Of a stretch of 64,000 bases of DNA, positions 62,898-64,000 are shown in pieces. Position 1 is the first letter of the stretch. The number at the start of each line of letters is the position of its first letter. The notes under the pieces are model-generated. The model had not been told where the DNA came from and searched no databases. It was given only the letters and a program-made list of their open reading frames with translations. Origin of the DNA: Lama glama (Eukaryota); NCBI GenBank assembly GCA_028534125.1, contig CM052816.1, positions 81,036,001 through 81,100,000 of the forward strand, read 5' to 3'. A program made the translations under genes and the position numbers.

Positions 62898-64000
62898 CCA
62901 GCTTACCATCTCCCAGGACCTCTGAGTGACCATCACAGTTTCTGAATCACAGCCATGTGGCTTTTTGAAAAAGATAGAAGAGTAATTATAGGTTGAAGTT
63001 GGCATTGGAGACAAGGACAGACCCTGTTTCCATAGACAAAAATCTCCTCTTAATAGCAGCCAAGATGAACATCCCTCTTAAACTTGCAGATTGGGCCAAG
63101 CGGCCCCACTGAACCCCTCCTCTCCTAGGCCCTGTAAACCCTAATATTTACAGAATGAGGGCCTTCTGACCTTCAGACTTCTCTCCTTGTAAAGAATGAT
63201 AATATTTCACTGAGTTGTTTTGAAGGTCAAGCGAGGTGATGTATGTGAACATTTACTGTAAATGCTGTTTTGGGACTCATGTTTTTGGACATATGAAATT
63301 AAGAAGCTATGTAATTTTGTCCCAAGAACCAAGAATAAATACTGTTAATCCAGGCCACTTTCAGTGAACATATAAACCAGGAAGCCTAGTGTTTAAACAG
63401 ATTAAGATAAAAACTAACATACTTGAAAGTGTATTTTTTAAAAAGACAGATTTAAATTCTGAAATCAGCTTTAAAGATCACTTAGCATCTGTTCAGGGAG
63501 TTATGTACAAGTAAAAATAGCCCTTTTTATGCTATATTTCCATTACTGTGCAGTGTCAACTATTTTTAAATGACATGATATCGAAAGCAACTAATATTTT
63601 TAAAAATCATCCTTTTTTTCTCTCTTTACCTGAAAAGTTACCAAAAAAAACAGTACATAGAACAAAGATTTCATTAAAGATACTAGTAGCCAACAGTAAT
63701 ATGGGGAGAAGAAAAGTTGATTTGTTATACACATTTGATAATGAAAGTGATTTTTTAGTGAATATTTTAATTTACCAACATTTTTCAGATTTTTGCTCAA
63801 GTCCTTGTTTTGTAGAAAAGTCTTGTTTTTTTTAAGAAACCTCCCCCATGCCATAAGTGGGAATTTCAACTCTCTTCAGAAGGACACATTTTTCTTTTAA
63901 AAGAGCAAACACCTCTGAAGAAGTTACTTGAAGTCCTAAATTTTCAAGTTGGACTGATCAGCAGTGGCAACTTCTTCCTCAAAATTCCCTTGTAGACCAG

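Noticed and set aside
1..64000. Prokaryote-type systems (CRISPR arrays, operons, defence islands)
   Set aside because: The sequence is mammalian; there are no regularly spaced repeat-spacer arrays or dense long ORFs

Overview
Mammalian non-coding genomic DNA: AT-rich, CpG-depleted, intergenic or intronic. It is most likely from a camelid (camel, llama or alpaca), judged by two tRNA-derived vic-1-type SINEs. I recognise no protein-coding gene. The ORF track is explained by transposon remnants (L1 ORF2, Tigger transposase), low-complexity DNA or chance. A large part of the window is recognisable interspersed repeat: L1, L2, MIR, MaLR/ERVL/ERV1 LTRs, and hAT and Tigger DNA-transposon fossils. 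The most notable observations are an immune-type regulatory module at about 59.2-60.2 kb (AICE-spaced IRF-CRE composite, helically spaced GGAA array, possible promoter and first exon), a young ERV1 solo LTR with a perfect 4-bp TSD, a textbook twin-primed inverted L1 insertion, a palindromic MER53 copy carrying a miR-1302-like sequence, an inverted SINE pair, a multi-level L1 nest, and a few candidate exons of unknown transcripts. No novel biological system is demonstrated. Repeat family names come from my memory of consensus sequences and need RepeatMasker/Dfam confirmation.
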